Below are positions 1-10,515 of a DNA stretch of 64,000 bases, piece after piece. The notes under the pieces were generated by a model, which was given only the letters and a program-made list of their open reading frames with translations, had not been told where the DNA came from and searched no databases. The translations under genes were made by a program, and so were the position numbers. Origin of the DNA: an uncultured Atopobium sp. (GTDB lineage: Bacteria > Actinomycetota > Coriobacteriia > Coriobacteriales > Atopobiaceae); contig CAMXVQ010000002.1 in assembly GCA_947252455.1 (NCBI GenBank), forward strand, positions 18,549 through 82,548, given 5' to 3'. Numbering within the stretch: position 1 is the stretch's first letter; every line of letters begins with the position of its first letter.

Positions 1-452
1 TGAGTACCGCAGAATCATGCACGGGTGGCATGATTTCAACAGTTCTTACAGCTGTTCCTGGTTCATCTTCGTGTTTCTTGGGTTCATGTGTCAGCTATGC
101 CATCCCAATCAAAAAACGGATTTTGAGAGTGTCGTCAACGCTGCTTGATACTAAGTCTTTGGGTGCTGTTTCTTCATTTTGCGCACTTCAAATGGCTTTA
201 GGCGTTCGTAAAAAGTTTTTAAGCGATGTAAGTGTGTCAGTTACGGGTATTGCAGGACCTGGTGGAGAAGAGCCTCACAAGCCCGTTGGTACCGTTTGGA
301 TTTGTGCAAGCTCTGCTTGGCATACTACCTTGCGCTGCATTCATGCCAAAGGCACCAGATTTGCAGTACGTGCATATACCACAAAGGTTGCTCTCTCTAT
401 GATGTCTGATGTGCTTGATGAATATCTTGGTGCACAAGGTGCTCATGCTTGA
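1..452 (+). CDS. cinA: CinA-family protein, C-terminal (PncC-like) domain; 5' end lies outside the window
   Basis: Open frame from the window edge to the stop at 450-452. The motif VSVTGIAGPGG...KPVGTVWI is typical of the CinA C-terminal deamidase domain. It sits immediately upstream of recA, the classic cinA-recA arrangement. Confidence 0.6.
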   Translation, partial: STAESCTGGMISTVLTAVPGSSSCFLGSCVSYAIPIKKRILRVSSTLLDTKSLGAVSSFCALQMALGVRKKFLSDVSVSVTGIAGPGGEEPHKPVGTVWICASSAWHTTLRCIHAKGTRFAVRAYTTKVALSMMSDVLDEYLGAQGAHA

Positions 453-642
453 TCGAAATTACAATAAGCGAATGATTATGGTTTAAGCTGCACATCTATT
501 GTGCTTGTACTCTGTATTGGCTGATCTTTTCTGTTTGTGTTCCAGGTATTGTTCATTTGTCGGTCGAATGGTGGTTGTTCTCTAATCGTGCAAGTTAGCG
601 CCAAGTTATGTGCACGTTTTGTTGAGTATTATAAAACTGTAA

Positions 643-670
643 TTGACATAGAACGCATGTTCGTTATATA
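643..670 (+). promoter_or_regulatory. recA promoter (-35 TTGACA 643-648, -10 TATATA 665-670) with a LexA/SOS box AGAACGCATGTTCG (650-663) in the spacer
   Basis: The GAAC-N4-GTTC palindrome read directly in the sequence matches the Gram-positive/actinobacterial LexA consensus. It lies about 40 nt upstream of the recA ATG, between sigma-70-like hexamers with a 16-nt spacer. Confidence 0.55.
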
Positions 671-700
671 CTGTCGGATAAATCGATATAAGGAGAAGCC

Positions 701-1792
701 ATGAGCAAAACCAAGCAAGTTTCACGTGAGATACATGAAAAAACCTATGGCGAAGAACGCGATAAACAGCTGGAAACCACTACAGCTGAAATCGAAAAGC
801 GTTTTGGTAAAGGCTCTATTATGAAGTATGGTGATTCGGGTCCAGATCTCGAAGTTGAAGCTATACCAACAGGCGCGCTTTCTTTGGATGTTGCTTTGGG
901 CATCGGCGGAGTTCCTCGTGGCCGTATTATAGAAATTTACGGTCCTGAGTCATCGGGTAAAACCACACTATCACTTGAAATTCTTGCTGAGGCTCAAGCT
1001 TTAGGTGGAGTTGTTGCATTTATCGACGCAGAGCATGCGCTGGACCCTAATTATGCTGCACGTATAGGTGTTGATATTGATGAAGTATTAATATCGCAAC
1101 CCGATACCGGCGAGCAAGCATTGGAGATTTGTGACATGTTGGTACGCTCAGGTGCTATTGATGTTGTTGTCGTCGACTCCGTTGCTGCGTTAGTTCCGCG
1201 CGCCGAAATTGAAGGTGAGATAGGGGAGACAACCGTAGGTCTTCAAGCTCGCTTAATGAGTCAGGCATTGCGCAAATTGGCTGGTTCTTTATCTAAATCA
1301 AAAACTACCTGTATTTTCATCAATCAGTTACGTGAAAAGATTGGTGTTATGTTTGGTAATCCTGAAACCACTCCTGGTGGACGTGCACTTAAGTTTTTCT
1401 CCTCTGTACGCTTGGACATTCGTCGTGTTGAAACGCTTAAAAAGAATAACGATATGATCGGCAACCGCGTGCGCGTAAAGGTTGTAAAAAATAAAGTTGC
1501 TCCTCCATTTAAACAAGCAGAATTTGACATTATGTACGGAACAGGCATTTCTAAAGAGGGAACCGTTTTGGACATGGCTGCAGAACTTGGTATTGTTCAA
1601 AAAAGTGGTGCATGGTTTAACTATGGAGAACAGCGTTTGGGTCAAGGTCGCGAAGCTGTTAAGGAATTTCTCGTACAAAATCCCGATCTGCTAGAAGAAC
1701 TTACCAATAAAGTTAAAGTTGCATGCGGATTAGAGTTTGCTGATGATGACGTTGCACCTGCTCCTGTGGAAGATGCGCCTGCAAAGAAGTAA
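701..1792 (+). CDS. recA: recombinase RecA
   Basis: 363-aa ORF with the Walker A motif GPESSGKTT and a RecA signature throughout. AGGAGA Shine-Dalgarno 8 nt upstream of the ATG. Confidence 0.97.
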   Translation: MSKTKQVSREIHEKTYGEERDKQLETTTAEIEKRFGKGSIMKYGDSGPDLEVEAIPTGALSLDVALGIGGVPRGRIIEIYGPESSGKTTLSLEILAEAQALGGVVAFIDAEHALDPNYAARIGVDIDEVLISQPDTGEQALEICDMLVRSGAIDVVVVDSVAALVPRAEIEGEIGETTVGLQARLMSQALRKLAGSLSKSKTTCIFINQLREKIGVMFGNPETTPGGRALKFFSSVRLDIRRVETLKKNNDMIGNRVRVKVVKNKVAPPFKQAEFDIMYGTGISKEGTVLDMAAELGIVQKSGAWFNYGEQRLGQGREAVKEFLVQNPDLLEELTNKVKVACGLEFADDDVAPAPVEDAPAKK

Positions 1793-1850
1793 ATTATTGC
1801 TTGAAGTTTTCGGAACGTGCAAGGTATCATTGAAGTGAAAAGAGCTTAAC

Positions 1851-2540
1851 GTGTGTACAGATAACGCTGCATGGAAATGGAATGTCGAATTTCCTCAACT
1901 AACCTATGATACCTTGAATACTCGATCAGTGAAAAAGCGTGCAAACGTTATTGTTTCTCAATCAAATGGTGCTGAGGTTAAGTTTTCAGTACCGGTAGCA
2001 GTGGGACGTAAACTCTGCACGCTTACTCGTAACGAGCCATGTTCAATCTCTTCAAAGGAAGAGCTTAGAACAAAGATTGATGTGCTTTCTCGTAACATGC
2101 TTCATCAGCTCCTAGAAACGGCTCTCAACAAGCGTGATTATTCATATTATGAACTTAAAGAAAAATTTATTCGTTTGGGGTATTCAAACAGCTTAGTACA
2201 AGAGATTCTCAGTCATGCTCAAGAGGTTGGTTTAATAGATGACCTTCGCTTTTCACGTATTTTTGTTCAACAAAAGCATGCTAGTGGTTGGGGACCAAAG
2301 AAAATTTCGTTGGAACTCAGGCGGCGTGGAATAGATTCTTCGATCATTAATCAAGCATGTGCAGGTTATGGACTAGAAGAAGACGAATTTCAAACTGCAT
2401 TGCGCATCTGTCAGCATAAAGTTTTTCATGCTCGTGATCCATATGCTCAGATAGTCCGTTTTGTTTGTTCAAAAGGATTTTCTCCTTCGGTTGCTTACAA
2501 AGTTGCCAAGCGTTTATTATCTAGTGACAAAGATGAATAA
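1851..2540 (+). CDS. recX: RecA regulator RecX
   Basis: 229-aa ORF directly downstream of recA. The C-terminal helical repeats (LRRRGID, KGFSPSVAYKV) are typical of RecX. The exact start is uncertain. Confidence 0.75.
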   Translation: MCTDNAAWKWNVEFPQLTYDTLNTRSVKKRANVIVSQSNGAEVKFSVPVAVGRKLCTLTRNEPCSISSKEELRTKIDVLSRNMLHQLLETALNKRDYSYYELKEKFIRLGYSNSLVQEILSHAQEVGLIDDLRFSRIFVQQKHASGWGPKKISLELRRRGIDSSIINQACAGYGLEEDEFQTALRICQHKVFHARDPYAQIVRFVCSKGFSPSVAYKVAKRLLSSDKDE

Positions 2541-2641
2541 GAATACGTGTGCATGTGTTTTACCATGTAGTATCGAAGCATTGGTATAGTAACGTTGGTT
2601 TGTACTACATGAGTGTAATTAGAGGTAATCTGCAATGTTTC

Positions 2642-2697
2642 AAGGGGCCTCATTGAACTGCATATTCAATTTGACCCCTGTCCATTTTCTTTTTTAC
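2642..2697 (+). terminator. candidate rho-independent terminator after recA-recX
   Basis: AAGGGG (2642-2647) pairs with CCCCT (2675-2679). It is followed by the T-rich tract ccattttctttttt (2682-2695). The stem is short. Confidence 0.3.
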
Positions 2698-2731
2698 GCT
2701 TTGTATCTTAGTTCAATACTTGTGTTACCAG

Positions 2732-3712
2732 CTACACATTGCATTTTGTCTCAAAGGTTAAGCTTGAAGAAGCCAAGCGACATGCATCCTTCATGGCATG
2801 TACAAATCTTCCAACATGTTGTGGTGCATCTTGATGATATTGTCCAACCATTTTTACGATGGCAGATCCTACAATTACACCATCGGCTAATCGAGCCATG
2901 CGTTCTGCCGCCTTAGGGGTAGAAATGCCAAATCCAATAGCACAGGGAATGTTTGTATTTTTTCTAATAAGCGCAATCATGTCGGCTAAGTTGTTTGAAA
3001 ATTCACTCCGTTCGCCTGTTACGCCCAAGCTTGAAACCACGTAGATAAAGCCTTGTGCACCTTGAGCAATGCGTTCAATTCTGTCTTTTGAAGTCGGAGC
3101 AACCAAAGAGATGAGCGCAATCCCGTATTTTTTGCAATCAGGCAAAAATTCATTGCGTTCCTCAAAAGGCACATCGGGCAGAATGATTCCCGCAATTCCT
3201 GTTTCTTTGCAGCGCTGCATAAATCGCGTGGAGCCGTAGGAAAAAACAACATTAGCATAGGTCATAAATACAAGTGGTACATGGACAAGTGGTGCCTGCG
3301 TAGGCGCGTTTTTATCTGGGCATGTAGTAAGAGATTGTACAAAGTCAAATATATCGTCGGTGGTAATACCTGTTTTCAGTGCGCGTATATTCGCTTCTTG
3401 AATAGTGGGACCTTCTGCACAGGGATCAGAAAAAGGAATACCTAATTCAATAAGATCGGCTCCTTGCGCCTGCATTTCAAGGATAAGAGCCCGTGTTGTA
3501 TCAAGATCGGGATCTCCGCAGGTAATAAAGGGAATAAACGCTTTTTCTTTTCTCTTTGTATCAGATGTATTTGAATAGGTTACACAATCGTTTAATTGTC
3601 CGCTCGCATCGGTACCTGTCGTTTCAATTTCACCTTCAGTATGAGATTGATTTTTTGCACTCTGTGTGTCCGTAAAACCAAACGCTTCGGCAATTCTAGA
3701 CATATTATTCAT
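2732..3712 (-). CDS. trpA: tryptophan synthase alpha subunit
   Basis: The conserved core [13 protein letters not shown]...[11 protein letters not shown] is present. I set the start at the ATG at 3712 ([11 protein letters not shown]), which has an AGGAGAG Shine-Dalgarno. It overlaps the trpB stop at 3705-3707. Confidence 0.85.
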   Translation of the reverse strand: MNNMSRIAEAFGFTDTQSAKNQSHTEGEIETTGTDASGQLNDCVTYSNTSDTKRKEKAFIPFITCGDPDLDTTRALILEMQAQGADLIELGIPFSDPCAEGPTIQEANIRALKTGITTDDIFDFVQSLTTCPDKNAPTQAPLVHVPLVFMTYANVVFSYGSTRFMQRCKETGIAGIILPDVPFEERNEFLPDCKKYGIALISLVAPTSKDRIERIAQGAQGFIYVVSSLGVTGERSEFSNNLADMIALIRKNTNIPCAIGFGISTPKAAERMARLADGVIVGSAIVKMVGQYHQDAPQHVGRFVHAMKDACRLASSSLTFETKCNV

Positions 3713-4895
3713 CGATCTGCTCTCCTCTAAAACGCGCAACTGCTGCACAGTCTTTATCTCCTCGGCCAGATATAGTTACCACTAAAATTTTATCTTTGCT
3801 CATTTTACCTGCTATTTTTTTCGCATATGCTACTGCATGCGCCGACTCAAGAGCAGGAATAATTCCTTCCATCTTTGACAAATATTCAAAGCTGTCAACT
3901 GCTTCGTCATCGGTAATAGACACATATTCACTTCTACCAATATCGTGCAGATAGGCATGCTCGGGCCCAATTCCGGGATAGTCCAGACCTGCTGAAATTG
4001 AATATACAGGCGCAATTTGACCGTAGTCATTCTGACAAAAATAGGATTTCATGCCGTGGAAAATTCCTAAACGCCCCGTTGCAATTGTGGCAGCCGTATC
4101 CTTAGTTTTAACTCCTCTTCCTGCGGCCTCGCATCCGATAAGACGTACACTTTTATCGCCTATAAAGTGATAGAACGAACCCATTGCATTAGAACCTCCC
4201 CCTACGCACGCAATCACAGCATCGGGTAGGCGCCCCTCACGTTCAAGCATTTGCGCTTTGATTTCAGAGGAAATGACTGCTTGAAAATCACGAACCATAG
4301 TAGGGAAGGGATGCGGCCCCATAACTGACCCCAAACAGTAATGTGTGTCGCTAATCCGTCTTGTCCATTCGCGCAAAGCTTCATTCACGGCGTCCTTAAG
4401 CGTTGCGGTACCCGTATCAACAGGATGCACCTTTGCACCTAACAGACGCATTTTATACACATTGAGAGCTTGGCGCTCGGTGTCAGCGCGACCCATAAAA
4501 ATTTCGCACTCCATGCCAAAAAGCGCAGCGGCAGTAGCTGTCGCTACACCATGTTGTCCAGCTCCTGTTTCGGCAATGAGTCTTGTTTTACCCATTTTCT
4601 GAGCAAGAAGGGCTTGACCAAGCACGTTATTAATTTTGTGTGCCCCTGTATGATTGAGATCTTCTCGCTTGAGATAGATCTTAGCCCCACCCAAATCTTG
4701 AGTCATCTTCTTTGCGTAGTAAAGAAGGGAGGGACGATTAGCATACTCATTGAGAAGCTTTGAGAGTTCACGGGTAAAGACGGGATTATCCTTATAGTGA
4801 TTGTAGGCACTTTCAAGCTCAATCACCGCGTTCATAAGTGTCTCGGGGATATATTGCCCTCCATGTACACCAAATCGACCTGCTTGATTATCCAT
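3705..4895 (-). CDS. trpB: tryptophan synthase beta subunit
   Basis: Strong TrpB similarity with PLP-binding motifs ([15 protein letters not shown]). I chose the internal ATG at 4895 ([18 protein letters not shown]), which has an AAAGAGGTG Shine-Dalgarno. It overlaps the trpF stop by 8 nt. Confidence 0.93.
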   Translation of the reverse strand: MDNQAGRFGVHGGQYIPETLMNAVIELESAYNHYKDNPVFTRELSKLLNEYANRPSLLYYAKKMTQDLGGAKIYLKREDLNHTGAHKINNVLGQALLAQKMGKTRLIAETGAGQHGVATATAAALFGMECEIFMGRADTERQALNVYKMRLLGAKVHPVDTGTATLKDAVNEALREWTRRISDTHYCLGSVMGPHPFPTMVRDFQAVISSEIKAQMLEREGRLPDAVIACVGGGSNAMGSFYHFIGDKSVRLIGCEAAGRGVKTKDTAATIATGRLGIFHGMKSYFCQNDYGQIAPVYSISAGLDYPGIGPEHAYLHDIGRSEYVSITDDEAVDSFEYLSKMEGIIPALESAHAVAYAKKIAGKMSKDKILVVTISGRGDKDCAAVARFRGEQIDE

Positions 4896-5544
4896 GTTGC
4901 ACCTCTTTCTTAGACGCTTTGTTTGCATTAACCACCGCGGTACAAAACGTGTTCATTTTTAATTCACTTTTATGACCTTGTTCTTCCACGCCCGAACTTA
5001 CATCTACTGCATAAGGGTGAAGTAACGTAATGGCTTCTGTTACATTTTGGGAATTAAGCCCACCAGCTAGGAAGTAAGGACGTGTCATCGCCTGCGCAAA
5101 TGTCCAGTTAAAACACTTTCCATCTCCTGCTCCTGCATCAAGGAGTACATAATCTGCTTCGCTTTGTTGTGCTTTTGCTACATCGTCAGCACTTGTTATA
5201 CGAAAAGCTTGGATACAGGGCTTGTCAGTGAGCTTGCGCAAACGTGCAATATAATTTTCGTCTTCAACACCGTGTAGTTGGCATATATCGCAAACACCAC
5301 TGTTTAAGCAATGAGCTACCACATCCACAGCTTCATTAACAAAAACTCCTACCGTAGCAGGTGCTATTTTATGTTTATTGGCGCATACACACAGAAGTTG
5401 TTTGCGCAAAGTTTTTGCTTGTTCAAAAGTTATTGCTCGTCTGGACGCACGTGCAAAAACAAATCCCACGTACGAGCAGGGAAGAGTGGCTATCACTTGG
5501 ATGTCTTGAACTGTTCTGAGGCCACAAATTTTAATTCTAGTCAT
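4888..5544 (-). CDS. trpF: phosphoribosylanthranilate isomerase
   Basis: 218 aa. The N-terminus MTRIKICGL matches TrpF, and the gene sits in the trp operon. Confidence 0.85.
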   Translation of the reverse strand: MTRIKICGLRTVQDIQVIATLPCSYVGFVFARASRRAITFEQAKTLRKQLLCVCANKHKIAPATVGVFVNEAVDVVAHCLNSGVCDICQLHGVEDENYIARLRKLTDKPCIQAFRITSADDVAKAQQSEADYVLLDAGAGDGKCFNWTFAQAMTRPYFLAGGLNSQNVTEAITLLHPYAVDVSSGVEEQGHKSELKMNTFCTAVVNANKASKKEVQHG

Positions 5545-5571
5545 AACTTATAGTTCCTGTCCCTCAATCGT

Positions 5572-6420
5572 TTAAGCATTATTGTGACCTTGCATATTTT
5601 GGGGTAATAAGGATTTGAGCTCACAAAGCTTTTGCTTCTTATCTTTTGCGCGCATCAAAGCCTCGCCAATAAGCACTGCATCAGCCTGCGCGTCAAATGC
5701 TTGCCGCACATCTTGAGCTTGCGTAATTCCACTTTCACTTACAAGAAGAACACCATCTGGTACAGCTTGGGCAAGTTGAGACATACATTGAGTATTAACG
5801 CTAAAATCATGCAGATTCCGGTTATTGATGCCTATAATTTTTGCACCAGCTAAACAAGCCTGGTCTATTTCGTCACGTGTATGCGCTTCTACAAGCGCAC
5901 TTAAGCCTAGAGAGTGACAAAGCGCTAGATAATTGGCAAGCGGGTTATCATCCAAAAGGGCACAGATCAAAAGCACTGCACTGGCACCTAAAACTTTTGC
6001 CTCGTAGATCATATAATCATCGATGATAAAATCTTTTCTCAGAACCGGTAACGTCTGTGCGCGTACCACATCTGCCAGATAATCTTCAGACCCTAAAAAA
6101 CGCGTATGCTCAGTAAGCACCGATATAGCATCTGCTCCTGCGACTTCATAATCATGCGCAATGCCTGTATGGTTAAAATCAGGCGCAATAAGTCCGCGAG
6201 AAGGGCTTGCGCGTTTAACTTCACAAATAAACGAAAGCCCAGGGTGCGCACACGCTGCATAAAAAGGAAATGAAAATTTTTGTTCTTTTTGATTGAGCAG
6301 TTCAACATCAGCTTTCTCAACCGCTCTTTGAGCTACCTCTTTATAACTTTTTCCAGGGCATGATTTTCTAAGTTTTACCTGCTCTTGCGAAGACTTCGCT
6401 AATTCTTCCAATATAGACAT
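5572..6420 (-). CDS. trpC: indole-3-glycerol phosphate synthase
   Basis: 282 aa. The IGPS motifs ICEVKRASPSRG and IGINNRNL are present, and it lies in the operon. Confidence 0.9.
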   Translation of the reverse strand: MSILEELAKSSQEQVKLRKSCPGKSYKEVAQRAVEKADVELLNQKEQKFSFPFYAACAHPGLSFICEVKRASPSRGLIAPDFNHTGIAHDYEVAGADAISVLTEHTRFLGSEDYLADVVRAQTLPVLRKDFIIDDYMIYEAKVLGASAVLLICALLDDNPLANYLALCHSLGLSALVEAHTRDEIDQACLAGAKIIGINNRNLHDFSVNTQCMSQLAQAVPDGVLLVSESGITQAQDVRQAFDAQADAVLIGEALMRAKDKKQKLCELKSLLPQNMQGHNNA

Positions 6421-6422
6421 AG

Positions 6423-7481
6423 TTACCTCGAACTTTCATCAGATTTGAGGCTTTCCTCTAAAGCATAGCTCTGGCTCAGACGTACAAATTTATCCAAAAG
6501 CGCACGCGCAGCTCCGCTGTCGATAAACATTTCAGCTTGCCGTACGCCCTCTTCAATACTTGCAGTTTTACCTGCAACATAGAGCGCTGCTCCTGCATTA
6601 AGAACCGCAGCGTTTCTATAATATCCGTGTTTACCTGCCAAGATGTCACGTGTTATTTGTGCGTTTTCCTCTGGATTACCTCCTTCAAGATCTTCTTTTT
6701 TACAGAAGTCAAAACCAAACTCTAAAGGTGAGATCTCATAGCTTGTACATTCACCATGCTTAAGCTCACAAACACGTGTAGGAGCTGAAAGTGAAATTTC
6801 GTCTAGGCAATCGGTTCCGTAAACAACAAGGGCATGTGTAAGCCCCAAATTTTTAAGAACCGCAGCGAGTGGCTCTAATAAACGCTCATCATAAACGCCT
6901 AAAAGCTGCATACGAGGATGCGCAGGATTTGTCAGGGGCCCTAAGATATTAAAAACTGTTCGTACACCAAGTTCTTTACGAATAGGAGCTACGTACTTCA
7001 TCGAGGGATGATAACTTTGAGCAAATAGAAAGCACATGCCCACCTCATCGAGTAGCTTTTTGCAAGTAGCAGGCGTTTGCTTTATATTAACTCCCAAAGC
7101 TTCAAGCACATCGGCTGCTCCACAAAGCGAACTCGCAGCTCGATTGCCATGTTTAGCAACTTTAACGCCAGCTGACGCTGCAATAAGCGCGCCCGTTGTT
7201 GAGATATTAAAACTTTTTGACTTATCTCCGCCCGTCCCAACGATTTCAAGAACTGCCTGATCATAGGGAACTGCCGTAGCACATTCACGCATTGCCTCCG
7301 CACATCCACAAATTTCGTCAATCGTTTCAGCATGGGTACTTTTGGTAGATAACGCAGCAAGAAAAGCGGCATTTTGTGTCTGCGTAGTTTTCCCCTGCAT
7401 AATTTCTTTCATAACCTTGTAAGCTTCATCATAGCTTAAGTCATGTTTGTCTACGATTTTCTTAATTGCTTCACTAATCAT
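6423..7481 (-). CDS. trpD: anthranilate phosphoribosyltransferase
   Basis: 352 aa. The GTGGD motif and TrpD-like sequence run throughout. It overlaps the trpG end by 8 nt. Confidence 0.9.
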   Translation of the reverse strand: MISEAIKKIVDKHDLSYDEAYKVMKEIMQGKTTQTQNAAFLAALSTKSTHAETIDEICGCAEAMRECATAVPYDQAVLEIVGTGGDKSKSFNISTTGALIAASAGVKVAKHGNRAASSLCGAADVLEALGVNIKQTPATCKKLLDEVGMCFLFAQSYHPSMKYVAPIRKELGVRTVFNILGPLTNPAHPRMQLLGVYDERLLEPLAAVLKNLGLTHALVVYGTDCLDEISLSAPTRVCELKHGECTSYEISPLEFGFDFCKKEDLEGGNPEENAQITRDILAGKHGYYRNAAVLNAGAALYVAGKTASIEEGVRQAEMFIDSGAARALLDKFVRLSQSYALEESLKSDESSR

Positions 7482-8064
7482 GATTTGCTCCTTTGTGTGC
7501 GATGTTAATAAAATTGTTCAATATCGTGTATCCATCTGGTGTCATGATTGACTCTGGATGAAATTGCACGCCATACATTGGTAAATTCTTGTGCATGACA
7601 GCCATAATCTCGCCATCTTCTGCACGCGCGCAGATTTTGAGAGTGGAAGGGAAACATTTATCTTCCACGGCAAGGGAATGATAACGTGCTACATCGATCT
7701 TTTTGGGAAGATCTTTAAAGAGTGGACAACTTAGATCAAGTTCAATATGAGATGGTTTACCATGCATAAGCTTTTTTGCATGAACAATCTTTGCGCCAAA
7801 TGCTTCGCAGATTGCTTGATGACCTAAGCACACGCCCAGTATAGGGGTCTTATCGTTGAGGTTTTGAATAAGCTCTTCGCACATACCTGCATCTTTTGGA
7901 GCTCCCGGTCCTGGCGAGATAATAATTGAGGAAAAATGCTCGCGCAGAATATCCTCAACCTTGACTTCGTCATTTCTTATCACGCGTATCTGTGGGTCAA
8001 TGGAACCAATGAGCTGGTAAAGATTGAACGAAAAACTGTCATAGTTATCGATAAGTAAATTCAT
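7474..8064 (-). CDS. trpG: anthranilate synthase component II (class I glutamine amidotransferase)
   Basis: GATase motifs (GVCLGHQ, HPES). I chose the start at the ATG at 8064 ([11 protein letters not shown]), which has an AAGGAG Shine-Dalgarno 5 nt upstream. Confidence 0.85.
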   Translation of the reverse strand: MNLLIDNYDSFSFNLYQLIGSIDPQIRVIRNDEVKVEDILREHFSSIIISPGPGAPKDAGMCEELIQNLNDKTPILGVCLGHQAICEAFGAKIVHAKKLMHGKPSHIELDLSCPLFKDLPKKIDVARYHSLAVEDKCFPSTLKICARAEDGEIMAVMHKNLPMYGVQFHPESIMTPDGYTILNNFINIAHKGANHD

Positions 8065-8118
8065 ATTCGCTCCTTTCGTGATGTCCAAAGAATTAATTTT
8101 GCAATTGTAAAGGTGTGT

Positions 8119-9606
8119 TCAGGTGAGATCACGCATGTTCTCGTCATCTATGTGAAGTGCTGCAAGCGAGCTTCTGGCTTTGTTCATGCACTCCTCATAC
8201 TCTTTCTCTGCCTGCGAATCAGCTACAATTCCTGCACCTGTTTGCACATGTACTTCACCGTTTTTTGTATATAGCAAGCGAATCCCTATACAGGTGTCCA
8301 TGTTCCCCGAAAAATCAAGGTAGCCAAGGGCGCCTCCATATATTCCGCGCCGTGTCTTTTCAAGTTGAGCAATAAGCCTACACGCCGAAATTTTAGGAGC
8401 TCCGCTTAACGTTCCTGCAGGCATCGTGGCAACAATTGCATCAAGTGCATCTTTATCTGGAGAAATGCAACCACGCACAGCTGATCCTAGATGCATTACA
8501 TGAGAAAATCGCTCAATGCTATGCAAACGTTCTACGCATACACTTCCAAACGTGCTCACTTTTCCAAGATCATTGCGACCAAGATCAACCAGCATATTAT
8601 GTTCGGCAAGTTCTTTTTCGTCGTGTAAAAGTTGCTTTTCTTGCTGTTTGTCTTCAAATGCATTCTGCCCGCGCCGTCTTGTACCTGCAAGGGGATAGGT
8701 GTGAAGCACTCCATCTTGGAGCTGCACAAGTGTTTCTGGTGAAGACCCTGCAATTTCTAGATCGTCGCCCGAAAAGTAGAACATGTAAGGAGATGGATTG
8801 ATAGTCTTAAGCTCTTCATAGGTATCGAGCAAACTGCCATGATATACTGCTGAAATTTTATTAGAGAGAACAATTTGAAATATATCTCCGTCCATGATAT
8901 GCTCCTGCGCGCGTACAACCATTTCACAAAATGACTTCTTGCTGTGTTGTATGTGAAGCTCACCTGTTAGGCTTCCTGCCTCAATATGAGCAGGTTTACC
9001 TCTTGTAATGAGTTGCTCCAATTGTTCAATTTTAAAAAGCGCTTTGTTATAACTTGTTTTCAGATTTTTGAGTTCCACCTGCGCTGTAAGAAGAATTTTG
9101 TTTTGTAGATGGTCAAATGTAATAAGTTGATCAAAAAGCATGAGATCAACGTCTCTAAATTGCTTATCTATATACTTATCCGCACAAATAGATTTTTCTT
9201 GATAGCCAAGATACTCAAATGAAAAATACCCAACTAAACCCCCACAAAAAGGAGGAAATTCAGGTACCTTATATGAGCTATGCTCATGCAAAATTTGACG
9301 AATGTAGAAATTGGGATCATCGGTCAAAAAATCCACATCGCCTATGTGCATGTGGCCTTGTTGACAATAAATCTCAAGCGTAGGGTCAAAACCCAAGAAA
9401 GAATAACGCCCACGGTCACCATGCTGAGCCGATTCAAGTAAATAACAATGTGTTGATATCCCTTTAAGCACACGTAACACCTGAGTAGGCGTGTAATTGT
9501 GCATAGGGAGCGCATAAACAAGGGGTACTTGTTTGTAGCGAGCCTCATCTTTGAGGCGCATGAGCTGCGCAAAACTTAAGTTTGCAGCAAGAGGCTGTGC
9601 TTCCAT
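8119..9606 (-). CDS. trpE: anthranilate synthase component I
   Basis: The chorismate-binding domain is conserved. I set the start at the ATG at 9606 (MEAQPL), preceded by a perfect GGAGGAGG Shine-Dalgarno. The 24-codon in-frame extension back to 9678 has no Shine-Dalgarno. Confidence 0.9.
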   Translation of the reverse strand: MEAQPLAANLSFAQLMRLKDEARYKQVPLVYALPMHNYTPTQVLRVLKGISTHCYLLESAQHGDRGRYSFLGFDPTLEIYCQQGHMHIGDVDFLTDDPNFYIRQILHEHSSYKVPEFPPFCGGLVGYFSFEYLGYQEKSICADKYIDKQFRDVDLMLFDQLITFDHLQNKILLTAQVELKNLKTSYNKALFKIEQLEQLITRGKPAHIEAGSLTGELHIQHSKKSFCEMVVRAQEHIMDGDIFQIVLSNKISAVYHGSLLDTYEELKTINPSPYMFYFSGDDLEIAGSSPETLVQLQDGVLHTYPLAGTRRRGQNAFEDKQQEKQLLHDEKELAEHNMLVDLGRNDLGKVSTFGSVCVERLHSIERFSHVMHLGSAVRGCISPDKDALDAIVATMPAGTLSGAPKISACRLIAQLEKTRRGIYGGALGYLDFSGNMDTCIGIRLLYTKNGEVHVQTGAGIVADSQAEKEYEECMNKARSSLAALHIDDENMRDLT

Positions 9607-9736
9607 AAAATTCCTCCTCCACAGTCTATACTCTATGGGGGAGTAAAACAGGTTGAGCACAACCCGAAGCACGCGCATTTACGTTGCGCTGACAACAAAC
9701 GCTCATCCACAGATTGAAGTGGCAAGCAAATTTGTT

Positions 9737-10015
9737 AAAAAAAACGCCCCCAACAGAAACTACGTTCTATCAAGGACGAACTTCTTAGCTTTTATGCACA
9801 TATGCAAAAAGATAAGAATCCGCGGTGCCACCTTGAATTCGCGCATGCGCTTAAGCTCTGCGCGCACTTAAAGAATACCATCATATTCCCGACAACTAAC
9901 GCGTGTCTGACGTCACAGAATACTCTAGAGCCAAGGTGTAAAACCAAGGATTCTATTTGACTGCGCCCTCAGCGGTCCATTTGACAATTTGTTTCCAGCC
10001 TGATTCTCAGCATCG
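9737..10015 (-). promoter_or_regulatory. T-box riboswitch leader (tRNA-Trp responsive) upstream of trpE
   Basis: The minus strand reads AATTCAAGGTGGCACCGCGG (plus-strand 9818-9840), which matches the T-box consensus AAnnnGGGTGGnACCGCGG. About 150 nt upstream there is a stem-I-like helix, CTGCG...CGCAG. Its K-turn-like UGAGA/UGA elements flank a loop reading AAAUGGAC. That is a UGG Trp codon followed by a purine (plus-strand CCA at 9977-9979). A U8 tract lies at 9737-9744, but I could not draw a clean terminator helix. Confidence 0.55.
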
Positions 10016-10289
10016 CAGACTCTCTGTATGGGCTTAAATTGCCGTTATCTCCGCATCAACGGTTTAGGTGCTATTCGATTGAATCATATTAAAGACCCTG
10101 TTAGTGTTTTCGTCAACTAGTTTTCCAAATGGTAACAATTGCGCTTTTGTATACTTACATATACACGTTAAGTAATGGTTTGGTAGTACCGTTTACAGCG
10201 TCAGCAGAACTAAGCTAAACCTCTACCGAGCAAAAACCTACATGTGAATGGATTTTTTTCGCGTTTTTCCTACAACACCACTCTTATAT

Positions 10290-10318
10290 TGACATCACCT
10301 TCATATAACCGTACTATT
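10290..10318 (+). promoter_or_regulatory. candidate rny promoter (-35 TTGACA, 17-nt spacer, -10 TACTAT)
   Basis: Hexamers read directly from the sequence. They would give a roughly 200-nt 5' UTR. Confidence 0.25.
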
Positions 10319-10515
10319 AGATAGTCTTTTGAGATATTTCTCGCAGGTCACTATGACTGCGCTAACTTTGTTCGATTTGTTTTGATTATTAAATGCTGCC
10401 TTTTAACTGCAGTTTAATTATGTTTCGAATACTTGCTCTAGGCGAGATATGCCTCAAATGGCGGGCTCCGTTACGGATTCCTGAACTCATATTTATTTTC
10501 ATTTGAGGAGTTTAT

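Noticed and set aside
9607-9678. 24-codon in-frame N-terminal extension of trpE as a Trp leader peptide
   Set aside because: It has only one Trp codon and no Shine-Dalgarno, and it runs in frame into trpE. The T-box explains the regulation instead.
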